A stretch of 64,000 nucleotides of DNA, from positions 116,153 to 180,152 of the forward strand of contig DXZP01000001.1 in NCBI GenBank assembly GCA_019419605.1, in the 5' to 3' direction. This DNA is from Collinsella sp. Lineage in GTDB: Bacteria > Actinomycetota > Coriobacteriia > Coriobacteriales > Coriobacteriaceae. Of this stretch, positions 8,952 to 18,609 are shown one piece after another. The translations under genes and the position numbers were made by a program. Each line of letters starts with the position of its first letter. Positions within the stretch are counted from its first letter, which is position 1. The notes below the pieces were generated by a model, which was given only the letters and a program-made list of their open reading frames with translations, was not told the DNA's origin and searched no databases.

Positions 8952-10307
8952 ATGCTTCTGGTCGCTAACGGTTCCGTTTTTACCCGCAACGCTCAGACCC
9001 CGTTCATTCCCAACGGCGCGGTCGCCATTGACGGAGATACGATCGTCGAAGTAGGCCCCGAGTGCGAGCTCAAGGCCAAGTACCCGGATGCCGAGTACGT
9101 CGACGCCCAGGGCAACCTCATCATGCCCGGACTCATCAACTGCCACACCCACATCTACTCGGGTCTGGCCCGCGGCCTTGCCATTAAGGGCTGCAACCCC
9201 ACCAACTTCCTGGAGAATCTTGAGCAGCAGTGGTGGAAGATCGACGACAACCTGACGCTCGACGGCACCAAGGCCAGCGCCTATGCCACGATTCTTGACT
9301 CCATCCGCGATGGCGTCACCACGATCTTCGATCACCACGCGAGCTTCTGCGAGATCCCGGGAAGCCTCTTTACCATTAAGGACGCCGCTCAGGAGCTGGG
9401 CATGCGGTCGTGCCTGTGCTACGAGGTCTCCGACCGCCGTGGCCAGGAAAAATGCGACCAGGCCATTGCCGAGAACGCCGAGTTTGCCCAGTGGGCCGCC
9501 AAGGAGCGTCGCGATAACGACAACCACATGATCGCCGCCATGTTTGGCGGTCACGCCACCTTTACGCTGTCGGACGAGACCATGGATAAGATGGCCGAGG
9601 CCAACAACGGCCTGACCGGCTTCCACATCCATGTGTGCGAGGGCATGAACGACGTGTGGGACTCCCGCCTCAACCGCGGTGGCATCAGCCCCGTCGAGCG
9701 CCTGCTGCAGCACAACCTGCTGGGTCCCGACACCATGCTCGGCCACTGCATCCACGTGACGCCCGCCGAGATGGATATCGTCAAGGAGTCCGGCACCTGG
9801 CTGGTCAACAACCCCGAATCCAATATGGGCAACGCCGTGGGCTGCGCTCCCGTGCTCGAGTTCTTCCGCCGCGGCATCCCCGTGTGCATGGGCACCGACG
9901 CCTACACCCACGATATGCTCGAGAGCCTCAAGGTCTTCCTGATCATTCAGCGCCACAACGCCGCCATGCCCAACGTGGGCTGGTGCGAGGCCATGACCAT
10001 GCTGTTCGAGAACAACGCCAAGATGGCGAGCAAGTACTTCGATCGCAAGCTCGGCGTGCTCGAGGCCGGCGCTGCCGCCGACGTCATCGTCATGGACTAC
10101 AAGCCCTTTACGCCGCTGAGCGAGGAGAATATCGACGGCCACATGCTCTTTGGCATGATGGGCAAAAACTGCCGCACTACCATCATCAACGGCCGCGTCC
10201 TGTACAAGGATCGCGAGTTCGTTGGCATTGATGAGGACAAGATCAACGCGTGGACCATGGCCGAGTCCAAGAAGCTCTGGAGCACGCTCAACGATCGCAC
10301 CTACTAA
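8952..10307 (+). CDS. ssnA: Putative aminohydrolase SsnA
   Basis: MPGLINCHTHIYSGLARG, GVTTIFDHHAS, NPESNMGNAVG; purine cluster context. Confidence 0.88.
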   Translation: MLLVANGSVFTRNAQTPFIPNGAVAIDGDTIVEVGPECELKAKYPDAEYVDAQGNLIMPGLINCHTHIYSGLARGLAIKGCNPTNFLENLEQQWWKIDDNLTLDGTKASAYATILDSIRDGVTTIFDHHASFCEIPGSLFTIKDAAQELGMRSCLCYEVSDRRGQEKCDQAIAENAEFAQWAAKERRDNDNHMIAAMFGGHATFTLSDETMDKMAEANNGLTGFHIHVCEGMNDVWDSRLNRGGISPVERLLQHNLLGPDTMLGHCIHVTPAEMDIVKESGTWLVNNPESNMGNAVGCAPVLEFFRRGIPVCMGTDAYTHDMLESLKVFLIIQRHNAAMPNVGWCEAMTMLFENNAKMASKYFDRKLGVLEAGAAADVIVMDYKPFTPLSEENIDGHMLFGMMGKNCRTTIINGRVLYKDREFVGIDEDKINAWTMAESKKLWSTLNDRTY

Positions 10308-10455
10308 TTACAAGTAGATTCGCGCGCGTCGGATGTTTCGCCGCATCCGACGCGCGTATAGGCGACCTCCGCGGGGTCGCCGGCGCTGTGCTAGCGCTAC
10401 ACCGTATTTGCGCCCGCCGCGCGGTCTCGCCGGGCGTTACAGAGAGGAGCTCACT

Positions 10456-13455
10456 ATGAGCGACATCATGAGGCCGATCCCGTTTTCGCAGCTGATGAAC
10501 TGGATCATCGAGGAGCACAAGACCCAGGACGCCATCTTTGGCGTGCGCAAGATGGTCACGACCAACCAGGAGGGTGCGCTTCCCATTTTTGACGAGCGCA
10601 TCGAGACTCCGTTTGGCCCGGCCGCCGGTCCCAATACGCAGCTTGCCCAGAACATCGTGGCATCCTATGTGGCTGGTTCCCGCTTCTTTGAGCTCAAGAC
10701 CGTCCAGGTTATGGACGGCGAGGAGCTCTCCAAGTGCGTCAACAAGCCCTGCATCGTGGCGCAGGACGAGTGCTACAACTGCGAATGGTCGACCGAGCTC
10801 GAGGTTCCGCAGGCCTTTGCCGAGTACGTGAAGGCATGGTTCGCCTGCCACCTGATCGCTCGCGAGTACGGCCTGGGTAGCCCGGACGGCTTTGTCTTCA
10901 ACATGTCCGTGGGCTATGACCTCGAGGGCATCAAGAGCCCCAAGGTCGACGCCTACATCGAGGGCATGAAGGACGCCAGCGGCTCCGACGTCTGGAACGA
11001 GTGCCGCGCATGGGCACTCGCTAACCTGGACAAGTTTGAGCATGTCGACGCTGCGTTTGTCGAGTCCATCCCGGCGCGCGTCTCCAACTCCATCACCGAG
11101 TCTACCCTGCACGGCTGCCCGCCGGCGGAGATCGAGCGCATCGCGACCTACCTCATCACCGAGAAGGGCCTCAATACCTACATCAAGTGCAACCCCACGC
11201 TGCTGGGCTATGAGTTTGCCCGTCAGCGCCTCAACGAGCTGGGCTTTGACTACATCGTCTTCGATGACACGCACTTCCGCGAGGATCTGCAGTGGGCCGA
11301 TGCCGTGCCCATGTTCGAGCGCCTGATTGCCCTGTGCGCCGAGCGCGGCCTGGAGTTTGGCGTCAAGCTGACCAACACGTTCCCCGTCGACGTGACGAGG
11401 AACGAGCTGCCCTCCACCGAGATGTACATGTCGGGCCGTTCGCTGTTCTCGCTGACCATCGAGGCCGCCCGTCGCATTACCGAGCAGTTCGATGGCAAGC
11501 TGCGCATCAGCTACTCCGGCGGTGCCACGGTCTACAACATCCGCGCCCTGTACGATGCCGGCATTTGGCCCGTTACCCTGGCGACCGACGTGCTCAAGCC
11601 CGGTGGCTACGAGCGCTTTAGCCAGATGGCCGGCGAGTTTGCCGACCTGGATGGCAAGCCGTTTGCGGGCGTCTCGCTCGAGGCCGTGACTGCGATCCAG
11701 ACCGACTCGCTCACCAATCCGCTCTACAAGAAGCCGTTGCGTCCGCTGCCCGACCGCAAGGTCGCCGGCAAGAGCCCGCTTTCCGACTGCTTTACCACGC
11801 CGTGCCGCACGAGCTGCCCCATCCAGCAGGATATTCCCGCCTACCTGGCGGCTGTTGACGAGGGCCGCTACGAGGATGCACTCAACATTATCATCGAACG
11901 TAACGCCCTGCCGTTCATTACCGGCACCATCTGCCCGCATCCCTGCGGCCGTGCCTGCGAGCGTGCATTCTACGAGCCCGAGGGCGCCCAGATCCGCGCC
12001 AGCAAGCTCAAAGCCGCCCGCGAGGCCATGACCGCCGTGCTGCCCAAGCTGCGCGCCCAGGCCATCGCCAACGACGGCGAGCGCAACGTTGCCGTTATCG
12101 GCGGCGGCCCGGCCGGCCTGGCGACGGCGTTCTTCCTGACGCGTGCCGGCGTGCCCGTCACCATCTTCGAGGCTCGCGACTCGCTCGGCGGCGTGGTCCG
12201 TCACGTCATCCCCGAGTTCCGTATCGCCAGCGACGATATCTCCCACGATGCCGAGCTCTGCCTGGCCTTTGGCGCCAAGGTTCAGCTCAACGCCCGCGTG
12301 GAGTCCATTGACGAGCTCAAGGCCCAGGGCTTTACCGATGTGGTCGTGGCAACCGGTGCCTGGATGCCCGGCTCTGCGGGCCTGGGCGAGGGCGCCGAGC
12401 TCGACGTGCTGGAGTTCCTCGAGGCCGCCAAGAAGGGCGAGAAGCTCGAGCTGGGCGAGGACGTCGTGGTCATTGGCGCCGGCAACACCGCCATGGACGC
12501 GGCCCGCGTGGCCAAGCGCCTGGCTGGCGTGAAGAACGTGCGCCTGGTGTATCGCCGTACCAAGAAGCAGATGCCCGCCGACGAGGAAGAGCTCGATCTT
12601 GCTCTTGCCGACGGCGTTGAGTTCTGCGAGCTGCTGGCGCCCAAGGCGCTCAACGGCGCCGTGCTGACCTGCGATGTTATGGAGCTTGGCGAGCCGGATG
12701 CAAGCGGTCGTCGCAGCCCCGTCGCCACGGGCGAGACCGTCGAGCTTCCCGCCACCACGGTGATCTGCGCCGTGGGCGAGGGCATCGATGCCAGCCTGTA
12801 CGACGCCGCGGGCGTCGAGCACGACCGTCGCGGCCGCCTTGCCGCCACCTCCACCGGCGTCGAGGGCGTCTGGGCTGCAGGTGACTGCCGTCGCGGTCCG
12901 GCCACCGTGGTCGAGGCTATCGCCGATGCCGCCGAGGTCGCCCGTGCCATCGCTGGCGTGGACTTTAACAAGTACGCCGACTGCAACGAGCAGGCCGGCC
13001 GCGAGGACACCTGCTACGAGCGCAAGGGGACGCTCTGCCGCGATAAGCGCAACTGCACCAAGACCCGCTGCCTGGGCTGCGGCTCGGTGTGCGAGGTCTG
13101 CTGCGACGTGTGCCCCAACCGCGCCAACGTTGCTATTAAGGTGCCGGGCCTGGCCAAGCATCAGGTGGTACATGTCGACGGTATGTGCAACGAGTGCGGC
13201 AACTGCGCTGTGTTCTGCCCCTACCAGGAGGGTCGTCCCTACAAGGACAAGCTCACCCTGTTCTGGAGCGAGCAGGACATGGAGAACTCCGAGAACGAGG
13301 GCTTCCTGGCCGTGGACGAGGACCACTTTAAGGTCCGCGTCGCCGGCACGGTCCGCACCGTCTCGGTCGATGCCGTCAACACCGGCCTTCCCGAGGCCGT
13401 CCGCCTGACCATCAAGGCCGTGCGCGACAGCTATCCGTATCTTCTTAAGAAATAG
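10456..13455 (+). CDS. ygfK: YgfK flavin/Fe-S oxidoreductase
   Basis: MSDIMRPIPF start, GPAAGPNTQLAQN, DECYNCEWSTE, GGGPAG, C-terminal CNECGNC ferredoxin; RBS GAGGAG. Confidence 0.92.
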   Translation: MSDIMRPIPFSQLMNWIIEEHKTQDAIFGVRKMVTTNQEGALPIFDERIETPFGPAAGPNTQLAQNIVASYVAGSRFFELKTVQVMDGEELSKCVNKPCIVAQDECYNCEWSTELEVPQAFAEYVKAWFACHLIAREYGLGSPDGFVFNMSVGYDLEGIKSPKVDAYIEGMKDASGSDVWNECRAWALANLDKFEHVDAAFVESIPARVSNSITESTLHGCPPAEIERIATYLITEKGLNTYIKCNPTLLGYEFARQRLNELGFDYIVFDDTHFREDLQWADAVPMFERLIALCAERGLEFGVKLTNTFPVDVTRNELPSTEMYMSGRSLFSLTIEAARRITEQFDGKLRISYSGGATVYNIRALYDAGIWPVTLATDVLKPGGYERFSQMAGEFADLDGKPFAGVSLEAVTAIQTDSLTNPLYKKPLRPLPDRKVAGKSPLSDCFTTPCRTSCPIQQDIPAYLAAVDEGRYEDALNIIIERNALPFITGTICPHPCGRACERAFYEPEGAQIRASKLKAAREAMTAVLPKLRAQAIANDGERNVAVIGGGPAGLATAFFLTRAGVPVTIFEARDSLGGVVRHVIPEFRIASDDISHDAELCLAFGAKVQLNARVESIDELKAQGFTDVVVATGAWMPGSAGLGEGAELDVLEFLEAAKKGEKLELGEDVVVIGAGNTAMDAARVAKRLAGVKNVRLVYRRTKKQMPADEEELDLALADGVEFCELLAPKALNGAVLTCDVMELGEPDASGRRSPVATGETVELPATTVICAVGEGIDASLYDAAGVEHDRRGRLAATSTGVEGVWAAGDCRRGPATVVEAIADAAEVARAIAGVDFNKYADCNEQAGREDTCYERKGTLCRDKRNCTKTRCLGCGSVCEVCCDVCPNRANVAIKVPGLAKHQVVHVDGMCNECGNCAVFCPYQEGRPYKDKLTLFWSEQDMENSENEGFLAVDEDHFKVRVAGTVRTVSVDAVNTGLPEAVRLTIKAVRDSYPYLLKK

Positions 13456-13466
13456 GCGAGTCTCTT

Positions 13467-13946
13467 ATGGCCAAATCCATTCAACATAACGTGGCCTACG
13501 TTGCCTGCGGAAGCGGTTGCGCCTCCGCAGGCGGCGACGCCCGCTGCAGCGAAGGCTGCATTGGCTGTGGCGCCTGTGTCACGGCCTGTCCCCACGGCGC
13601 CATTGCACTGATTGATGGCATCGCCCGCGTGGACCGCTCCAAGTGCACGGGCTGTGGCCTGTGCGGCATGGCGTGCCCGCAGCGCGTGATTGCCTTTGTT
13701 CCCGGCTACCAGAACATCCTGGTGCGCTGCAACAACACCGATAAGGGCGCCATCGCCCGCAAGATTTGCGACACGAGCTGCATCGGTTGCGGCATGTGCG
13801 CCAAAAAATGCCCTGCCGGCGCTATTCGCATCGAGGACAACTGTGCCCACATCGACGGTGCGGACTGCCTGTCGTGCGGCATGTGCGCCGTCGTTTGCCC
13901 GCATGGCGCCATCCACGACCGCACCGGCATCGCCGCCGGCGTGTAG
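13467..13946 (+). CDS. Multi-[4Fe-4S] ferredoxin (RnfB C-terminal-like)
   Basis: Four CxxCxxCxxxCP motifs. Confidence 0.85.
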   Translation: MAKSIQHNVAYVACGSGCASAGGDARCSEGCIGCGACVTACPHGAIALIDGIARVDRSKCTGCGLCGMACPQRVIAFVPGYQNILVRCNNTDKGAIARKICDTSCIGCGMCAKKCPAGAIRIEDNCAHIDGADCLSCGMCAVVCPHGAIHDRTGIAAGV

Positions 13947-13958
13947 AAGGGAATCACC

Positions 13959-16736
13959 ATGGCACAGGAATTCACTTTTACCGTTAACGGCGTCGAGCAC
14001 ACGACGACCCAAAACAAACCGCTGCTGCGCTACCTGCGCGACGACCTGCACATCCATTCCGCCAAGGACGGCTGCTCCGAGGGTGCTTGCGGCACCTGCA
14101 CCATTCATGTGGACGGTGCGGCCGTGAAGGCGTGCGTGCTGACCACCGCCCTTGCCGCCGGCCGCAACATCGTGACTGTCGAGGGCCTGCCCGAGGACGT
14201 GCGCGAGGCCTTTGTGTACGCCTTTGGCGCCGTGGGCGCCGTGCAGTGCGGTTTTTGCATCCCCGGTATGGTCATGGCAGGCGCGGCGCTGATCGCCGAG
14301 GACCCCGAGCCCACCGAGGAGCAGATCAAGTACGCCATCCGCGGCAACGTCTGCCGCTGCACCGGCTACAAGAAGATTATTGAGGGCATTTCGCTGGCCG
14401 CTGCGGTGCTCCGCGGCGAAAAGCAGATCGACGAGGACCTGGAGCGCGGCGACGACTACGGCGTGGGCAAGCGCGCCTTCCGTATCGACGTGCGCAAGAA
14501 GGTGCTCGGCGAGGGCAAGTACCCCGATGACATCGACGAGCTCGATCAGCCGGACCTGACCTATGCCAGCGCCGTGCGCTCCAAGTATCCGCGCGCCCGT
14601 GTGCTTTCCATCGACACCTCCAAGGCCGAGGCCCTGCCCGGTGTGGTGGGCATCCTGCGCGCCGAGGATGTGCCGGTCAACCAGGTCGGCCACCTTATCC
14701 AGGATTGGGACGTCATGATCGCGGCGGGCGATATCACCCGCTGCGTGGGCGATGCCATTGTGCTGGTGGTTGCCGAGGACGAGGCGACGCTCGAGAAGGC
14801 CAAGAAGCTCGTAAAGATCGATTACGAGCCGCTGGAGCCCGTGCGTAACATTGTCGAGGCCAGGGCTGCCGACGCCCCGCGCCTGCACGACAGTTTCTTT
14901 GCCTTTGGCAACACGGTGGAGCTCAAGGACAACGTGTGCCAGAGCCGTCACGTGACGCGCGGCGACGCCGCCAAGGCGCTGGCAGAGAGCGCGTTCACCG
15001 TGACGCAGCGCTTTACCACGCCCTTTACCGAGCATGCCTTCTTGGAGCCCGAGTGCGCCGTTGCCTTCCCGTACAAGAATGGCGTCAAGGTGCAGTCGAC
15101 CGACCAGGGTGCCTACGACACGCGCAAAGAGTGTGCCCACATGTTTGGCTGGGACAACGAGCCCGAGCGCGTGGTCGTCGAGACCATGCTCGTGGGTGGT
15201 GGCTTTGGCGGCAAGGAGGACGTGTCCATCCAACACCTGGCCGCGCTTGCTGCCTATAAGCTCCAGCGTCCTGTGAAGTGCAAGCTCACGCGCGCTGAGT
15301 CGCTTGCGTTCCATCCCAAGCGTCATGCCATGGACGGCACCTTTACGCTGGGCTGCGACGCCGAGGGCAACTTTACCGGCCTGGACTGCGAGATCAACTT
15401 TGACACCGGCGCCTACGCGTCGCTGTGCGGCCCGGTGCTCGAGCGCGCCTGCACGCATGCCGTTGGCCCCTACAAGTACCAGAACACCGACATTCGCGGT
15501 TTTGGCTACTACACCAACAACCCGCCCGCCGGCGCGTACCGCGGCTTTGGCGTCTGTCAGTCCGAGTTTGCGCTCGAGAGCTTGATCGACTTGCTGGCAG
15601 AGAAGGTCGGCCTGGACCCGTGGGAGATCCGCTACCGTAACGCCATCGAGCCGGGCGAGGTTTTGCCCAACGGCCAGATCGCCGATTGCTCTACGGCGCT
15701 TAAGGAGACGCTGCTCGAGGTCAAGGACGCCTACTATGCGCATCCCGGACATGCCGGTATCGCCTGCGCCATGAAGAACGCCGGCGTGGGCGTGGGCCTG
15801 CCCGATGCCGGCCGCTGCAAGATTCGCGTCGAGGATGGCCGCGCCGTGGTCTACGCCGCCACGTCCGACATCGGCCAGGGCTGCAACACGGTCTTTTTGC
15901 AGGACGTTGCCGAGGCCTGCGGTCTGCCGCTGAGCCGCATCGCCAACGGCGAGTGCTCCACCGAGAATGCTCCCGACTCCGGCACCACGTCTGGTTCGCG
16001 TCAGACGGTCGTGACCGGCGAGGCCGTGCGCGGTGCCGCCTTCCTGCTGCGCGATGCCATGCTTGACATCGAGGCCGGCAAGCCCGCACCCGATACTCCC
16101 GTGAGCGCGCATGGCGACGGCGTCAAGATCGAGTACGACGACGGTCGCGCCTATCAGTTGCGCACGCAGGAGCTCGTCGCCGGCCAGGGCATGCATCCTC
16201 AGGATCCCGCGACCGCCATCAAGGCGCTCGAGGGCTGCGAGTTTGGCTACGTGTACCTGGAGCCGACCGACAAGCTGGGCGCTGACGTTCCCAACCCCAA
16301 GAGCCACATCTGCTACGGCTTTGCCACACATGTGGTCATTCTGGATGATGACGGCCGCGTGAGCGAGGTCTATGCCGCGCACGATTCCGGCAAGGTGGTC
16401 AATCCCATCTCCATCCAGGGTCAGATTGAAGGCGGCGTGCTCATGGGTATGGGCTATGCGCTTACCGAGGACTGGCCGCTCAAGGACTGCGTACCCCAGG
16501 CAAGGTACGGTACGCTCGGGCTGTTCCGTGCGCCCGAGATTCCGGATATCCACGCCATTTACGTGGAGAAGGACGAGCTGCTGCCCGTGGCATACGGCGG
16601 CAAGGGCATCGGCGAGATCGCCACGATTCCCACGGCGCCCGCCGTACAGAACGCCTACCGCGCATTCGACGGCAAGCTGCGTCCGGATCTGCCCATGGTG
16701 GATACGCCGTACAGCCGCGCTCGTCACCGCGGGTAG
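13959..16736 (+). CDS. xdh: Selenium-dependent xanthine dehydrogenase-type molybdenum hydroxylase (fused 2Fe-2S + Mo-binding)
   Basis: GCSEGACGTC, QCGFCIPG, GNVCRCTGY, GGGFGGK, AYRGFG, GQIEGG, KGIGE. Confidence 0.9.
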   Translation: MAQEFTFTVNGVEHTTTQNKPLLRYLRDDLHIHSAKDGCSEGACGTCTIHVDGAAVKACVLTTALAAGRNIVTVEGLPEDVREAFVYAFGAVGAVQCGFCIPGMVMAGAALIAEDPEPTEEQIKYAIRGNVCRCTGYKKIIEGISLAAAVLRGEKQIDEDLERGDDYGVGKRAFRIDVRKKVLGEGKYPDDIDELDQPDLTYASAVRSKYPRARVLSIDTSKAEALPGVVGILRAEDVPVNQVGHLIQDWDVMIAAGDITRCVGDAIVLVVAEDEATLEKAKKLVKIDYEPLEPVRNIVEARAADAPRLHDSFFAFGNTVELKDNVCQSRHVTRGDAAKALAESAFTVTQRFTTPFTEHAFLEPECAVAFPYKNGVKVQSTDQGAYDTRKECAHMFGWDNEPERVVVETMLVGGGFGGKEDVSIQHLAALAAYKLQRPVKCKLTRAESLAFHPKRHAMDGTFTLGCDAEGNFTGLDCEINFDTGAYASLCGPVLERACTHAVGPYKYQNTDIRGFGYYTNNPPAGAYRGFGVCQSEFALESLIDLLAEKVGLDPWEIRYRNAIEPGEVLPNGQIADCSTALKETLLEVKDAYYAHPGHAGIACAMKNAGVGVGLPDAGRCKIRVEDGRAVVYAATSDIGQGCNTVFLQDVAEACGLPLSRIANGECSTENAPDSGTTSGSRQTVVTGEAVRGAAFLLRDAMLDIEAGKPAPDTPVSAHGDGVKIEYDDGRAYQLRTQELVAGQGMHPQDPATAIKALEGCEFGYVYLEPTDKLGADVPNPKSHICYGFATHVVILDDDGRVSEVYAAHDSGKVVNPISIQGQIEGGVLMGMGYALTEDWPLKDCVPQARYGTLGLFRAPEIPDIHAIYVEKDELLPVAYGGKGIGEIATIPTAPAVQNAYRAFDGKLRPDLPMVDTPYSRARHRG

Positions 16737-16804
16737 GGTAGGGCGCGGACAGCCATTGCTGACTGCCGTCTGCGCTTGCCATCAACTGTATAAGCTGCGC
16801 CTTT

Positions 16805-16836
16805 GGCCCCAGCTCCATCGTGAGCCGGGGCCTTTT
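16805..16836 (+). terminator. Intrinsic terminator after xdh
   Basis: GGCCCCAGCTC-catcgt-GAGCCGGGGCC-TTTT. Confidence 0.75.
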
Positions 16837-16845
16837 GCTTGGAGC

Positions 16846-17044
16846 GGAAAGCGTGTCCCGGAATGAGCGCTCAGAATGGGATGCAGTTTCCCCTTGGAGC
16901 CCTCGGCGGAAATTACATCCCAGAATCGATGCTCAGAATGGGATGCGCTTTCCGGTAGAGCCTCTGGCGGAAAGCGCATCCCGGAATTCGGCTCCAGAGT
17001 GGGACACACTTTCCGGTTGGAGCTTCAACCGGAAAGTGTGTCCC
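16846..17044. repeat. Alternating inverted-repeat array, cluster 1 (GGAAA-N6-CCC / GGG-N6-TTTCC, 61-62-bp period, 7 motifs)
   Basis: A motifs at 16846, 16908, 16969, 17031; B motifs at 16878, 16940, 17001; semi-conserved 18-nt linker RGAATnnnnGCTCAGAAT. Confidence 0.93.
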
Positions 17045-17080
17045 GGTTTGGCAGGCAGACGGGCATAAGCTCAACAGCTC

Positions 17081-18079
17081 CTACAACTCCACCTCGTTGA
17101 GCCATGCCGGCAGAGCGGTCTGCCGGATGCCTGCCGTCTGCAGCTTTTTCGCGAGCATGCCTGCCGAACGGACTTCGATCATGGTAAAGCGGATGAGCGG
17201 ATGGCCGTAGAGCGATAGGTGCGCCTCGCGCTGTCGTTCGGCGACGAGCGCCTCGGCGGTGGTGCGTCCGGCCAGCATGGTCTGGTCGGTATATTTGATG
17301 AGCCCGTCGAGCTCGCCCAGTGTGAGTTCCCGCGCCTGGCGCTCCCAGGCAAAGTCCGTTCGTATGGGCTTGGTCGAATTGAAGGGGTCCGTCAGCTCGT
17401 ATTGAAGCCAATCGGGCGCAAAGCCCGTCTCGATCATGATGGCTCGGGCGACCGATTCCCCGCCGCTCTCGGCGCGGGCGTCGGCATATCGAAGTGTCGT
17501 GAGGGCGGTGCGAATCGTGCGACCATTGCGGGCGGTCGCTCGTTGCTCGACGGCCTCCATCAGCTGTTCCCGCGCAAGGCCGAGCTTTAAGATCGTCGAA
17601 TCGGCAATGGGCATGCCGTCGGCAAAACCGGTCTGCAACAGGCAATCTGTGACTGTTTGGATGGGCGGCGTTACCGATATGCCGGCTCTGCGTATTGCTC
17701 CGGCCGGCTCAATCTGGTGCCGCTGAATATGTGCGCCCGGGCGAGCCGACGGCTTTGTCGAGCTGCAGACACGCACGACATTCAGGTGTCGCCACGAGAC
17801 CTCGAGCCCCAGCAGACAGGCGGCCGAAAACGAGCAGAACGTCCAATCGGGGTGGATGATCGCAAGGGCGCGGAGGATTTCGCAATGGCGTTGCGCTCGG
17901 TTGAGTTCATCCCAGCGCGTTTTTCGCGCAAACAACCCCGGCATGGGCGAGACAACCGTGCCGCCGGTGCGCCGAAGGAGCGCTTTTCGGATCGCCGTGC
18001 TCGGGGGAATCAGACAGCGCCCCTCTTGTTCGGCTTGAGTGAGCAGTTGGTCGATGAGCTGGTCATTGCAATGGGTCAT
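17081..18079 (-). CDS. AbiEi-antitoxin-like protein with C-terminal Vsr/DUF559-like (PD-(D/E)XK) nuclease domain
   Basis: FCSFSAACLLGL and VTPPIQTVTDC (AbiEi-like), AESGGES, RTDFAW, GELDGLIKY, ERQRE...GHPLIRFT; RBS AAGGAGG. Confidence 0.7.
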   Translation of the reverse strand: MTHCNDQLIDQLLTQAEQEGRCLIPPSTAIRKALLRRTGGTVVSPMPGLFARKTRWDELNRAQRHCEILRALAIIHPDWTFCSFSAACLLGLEVSWRHLNVVRVCSSTKPSARPGAHIQRHQIEPAGAIRRAGISVTPPIQTVTDCLLQTGFADGMPIADSTILKLGLAREQLMEAVEQRATARNGRTIRTALTTLRYADARAESGGESVARAIMIETGFAPDWLQYELTDPFNSTKPIRTDFAWERQARELTLGELDGLIKYTDQTMLAGRTTAEALVAERQREAHLSLYGHPLIRFTMIEVRSAGMLAKKLQTAGIRQTALPAWLNEVEL

Positions 18080-18375
18080 GAGCTACCGCCTCCTTTTGGG
18101 TAGCAAAAACGTATCAGCTGGAACTTGCCGCTCAGCTGACCAAAAGCTGACCAAAATCTAACCATGCAGGTAGATGGCCTGCTTTTGGCGACATATTTCT
18201 TGTTTGAATCGGTGGGCGGTAATCGGCGACCGTGAACGGTAGCTGGATATGAAGTCTTGGTAAGTTTCGGGACGTGTACTTTTTGAAAAAGAGCATTCTA
18301 TCTGCTGTTTTGTGTTTCTGGATCGCATATTTGAAGGCATGTGATAAGGCCGGCGGACTGTCGCCTTGTATCTGC

Positions 18376-18483
18376 GGAAACTGTGACCCGGAATTGTCGC
18401 TCGGAATGGGACGTGCTTTCCGGATGGCATGCTTGGCGGAAACTACGGCCCAGTTTTTGGCTCCAGAACGGGATACATTTTCC
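18376..18483. repeat. Alternating inverted-repeat array, cluster 2 (same family, 62-bp period, 4 motifs)
   Basis: A at 18376 and 18438; B at 18408 and 18470; same linker and orientation as cluster 1. Confidence 0.9.
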
Positions 18484-18538
18484 GGAACGGTCCACGTACG
18501 GTGGTGTACCGCCCCTTTTGCGTGCGCCGCTTGTCGAA

Positions 18539-18594
18539 TTACGTTATAGCTAGCTATATTATAGGAAGGTATAATATAGCTAGCTATAACGTAA
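18539..18594. promoter_or_regulatory. Perfect 25-bp inverted repeat containing TATAAT on both strands; candidate operator/bidirectional promoter
   Basis: TTACGTTATAGCTAGCTATATTATA-ggaagg-TATAATATAGCTAGCTATAACGTAA, 15 bp upstream of ATG 18610. Confidence 0.75.
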
Positions 18595-18609
18595 AGGAAG
18601 GATGGTCCT

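Noticed and set aside
10288..16727. Very long antisense ORFs (1012 aa, 1098 aa) and similar ones opposite other core genes
   Set aside because: Shadow frames produced by high-GC codon bias of well-supported genes on the other strand.
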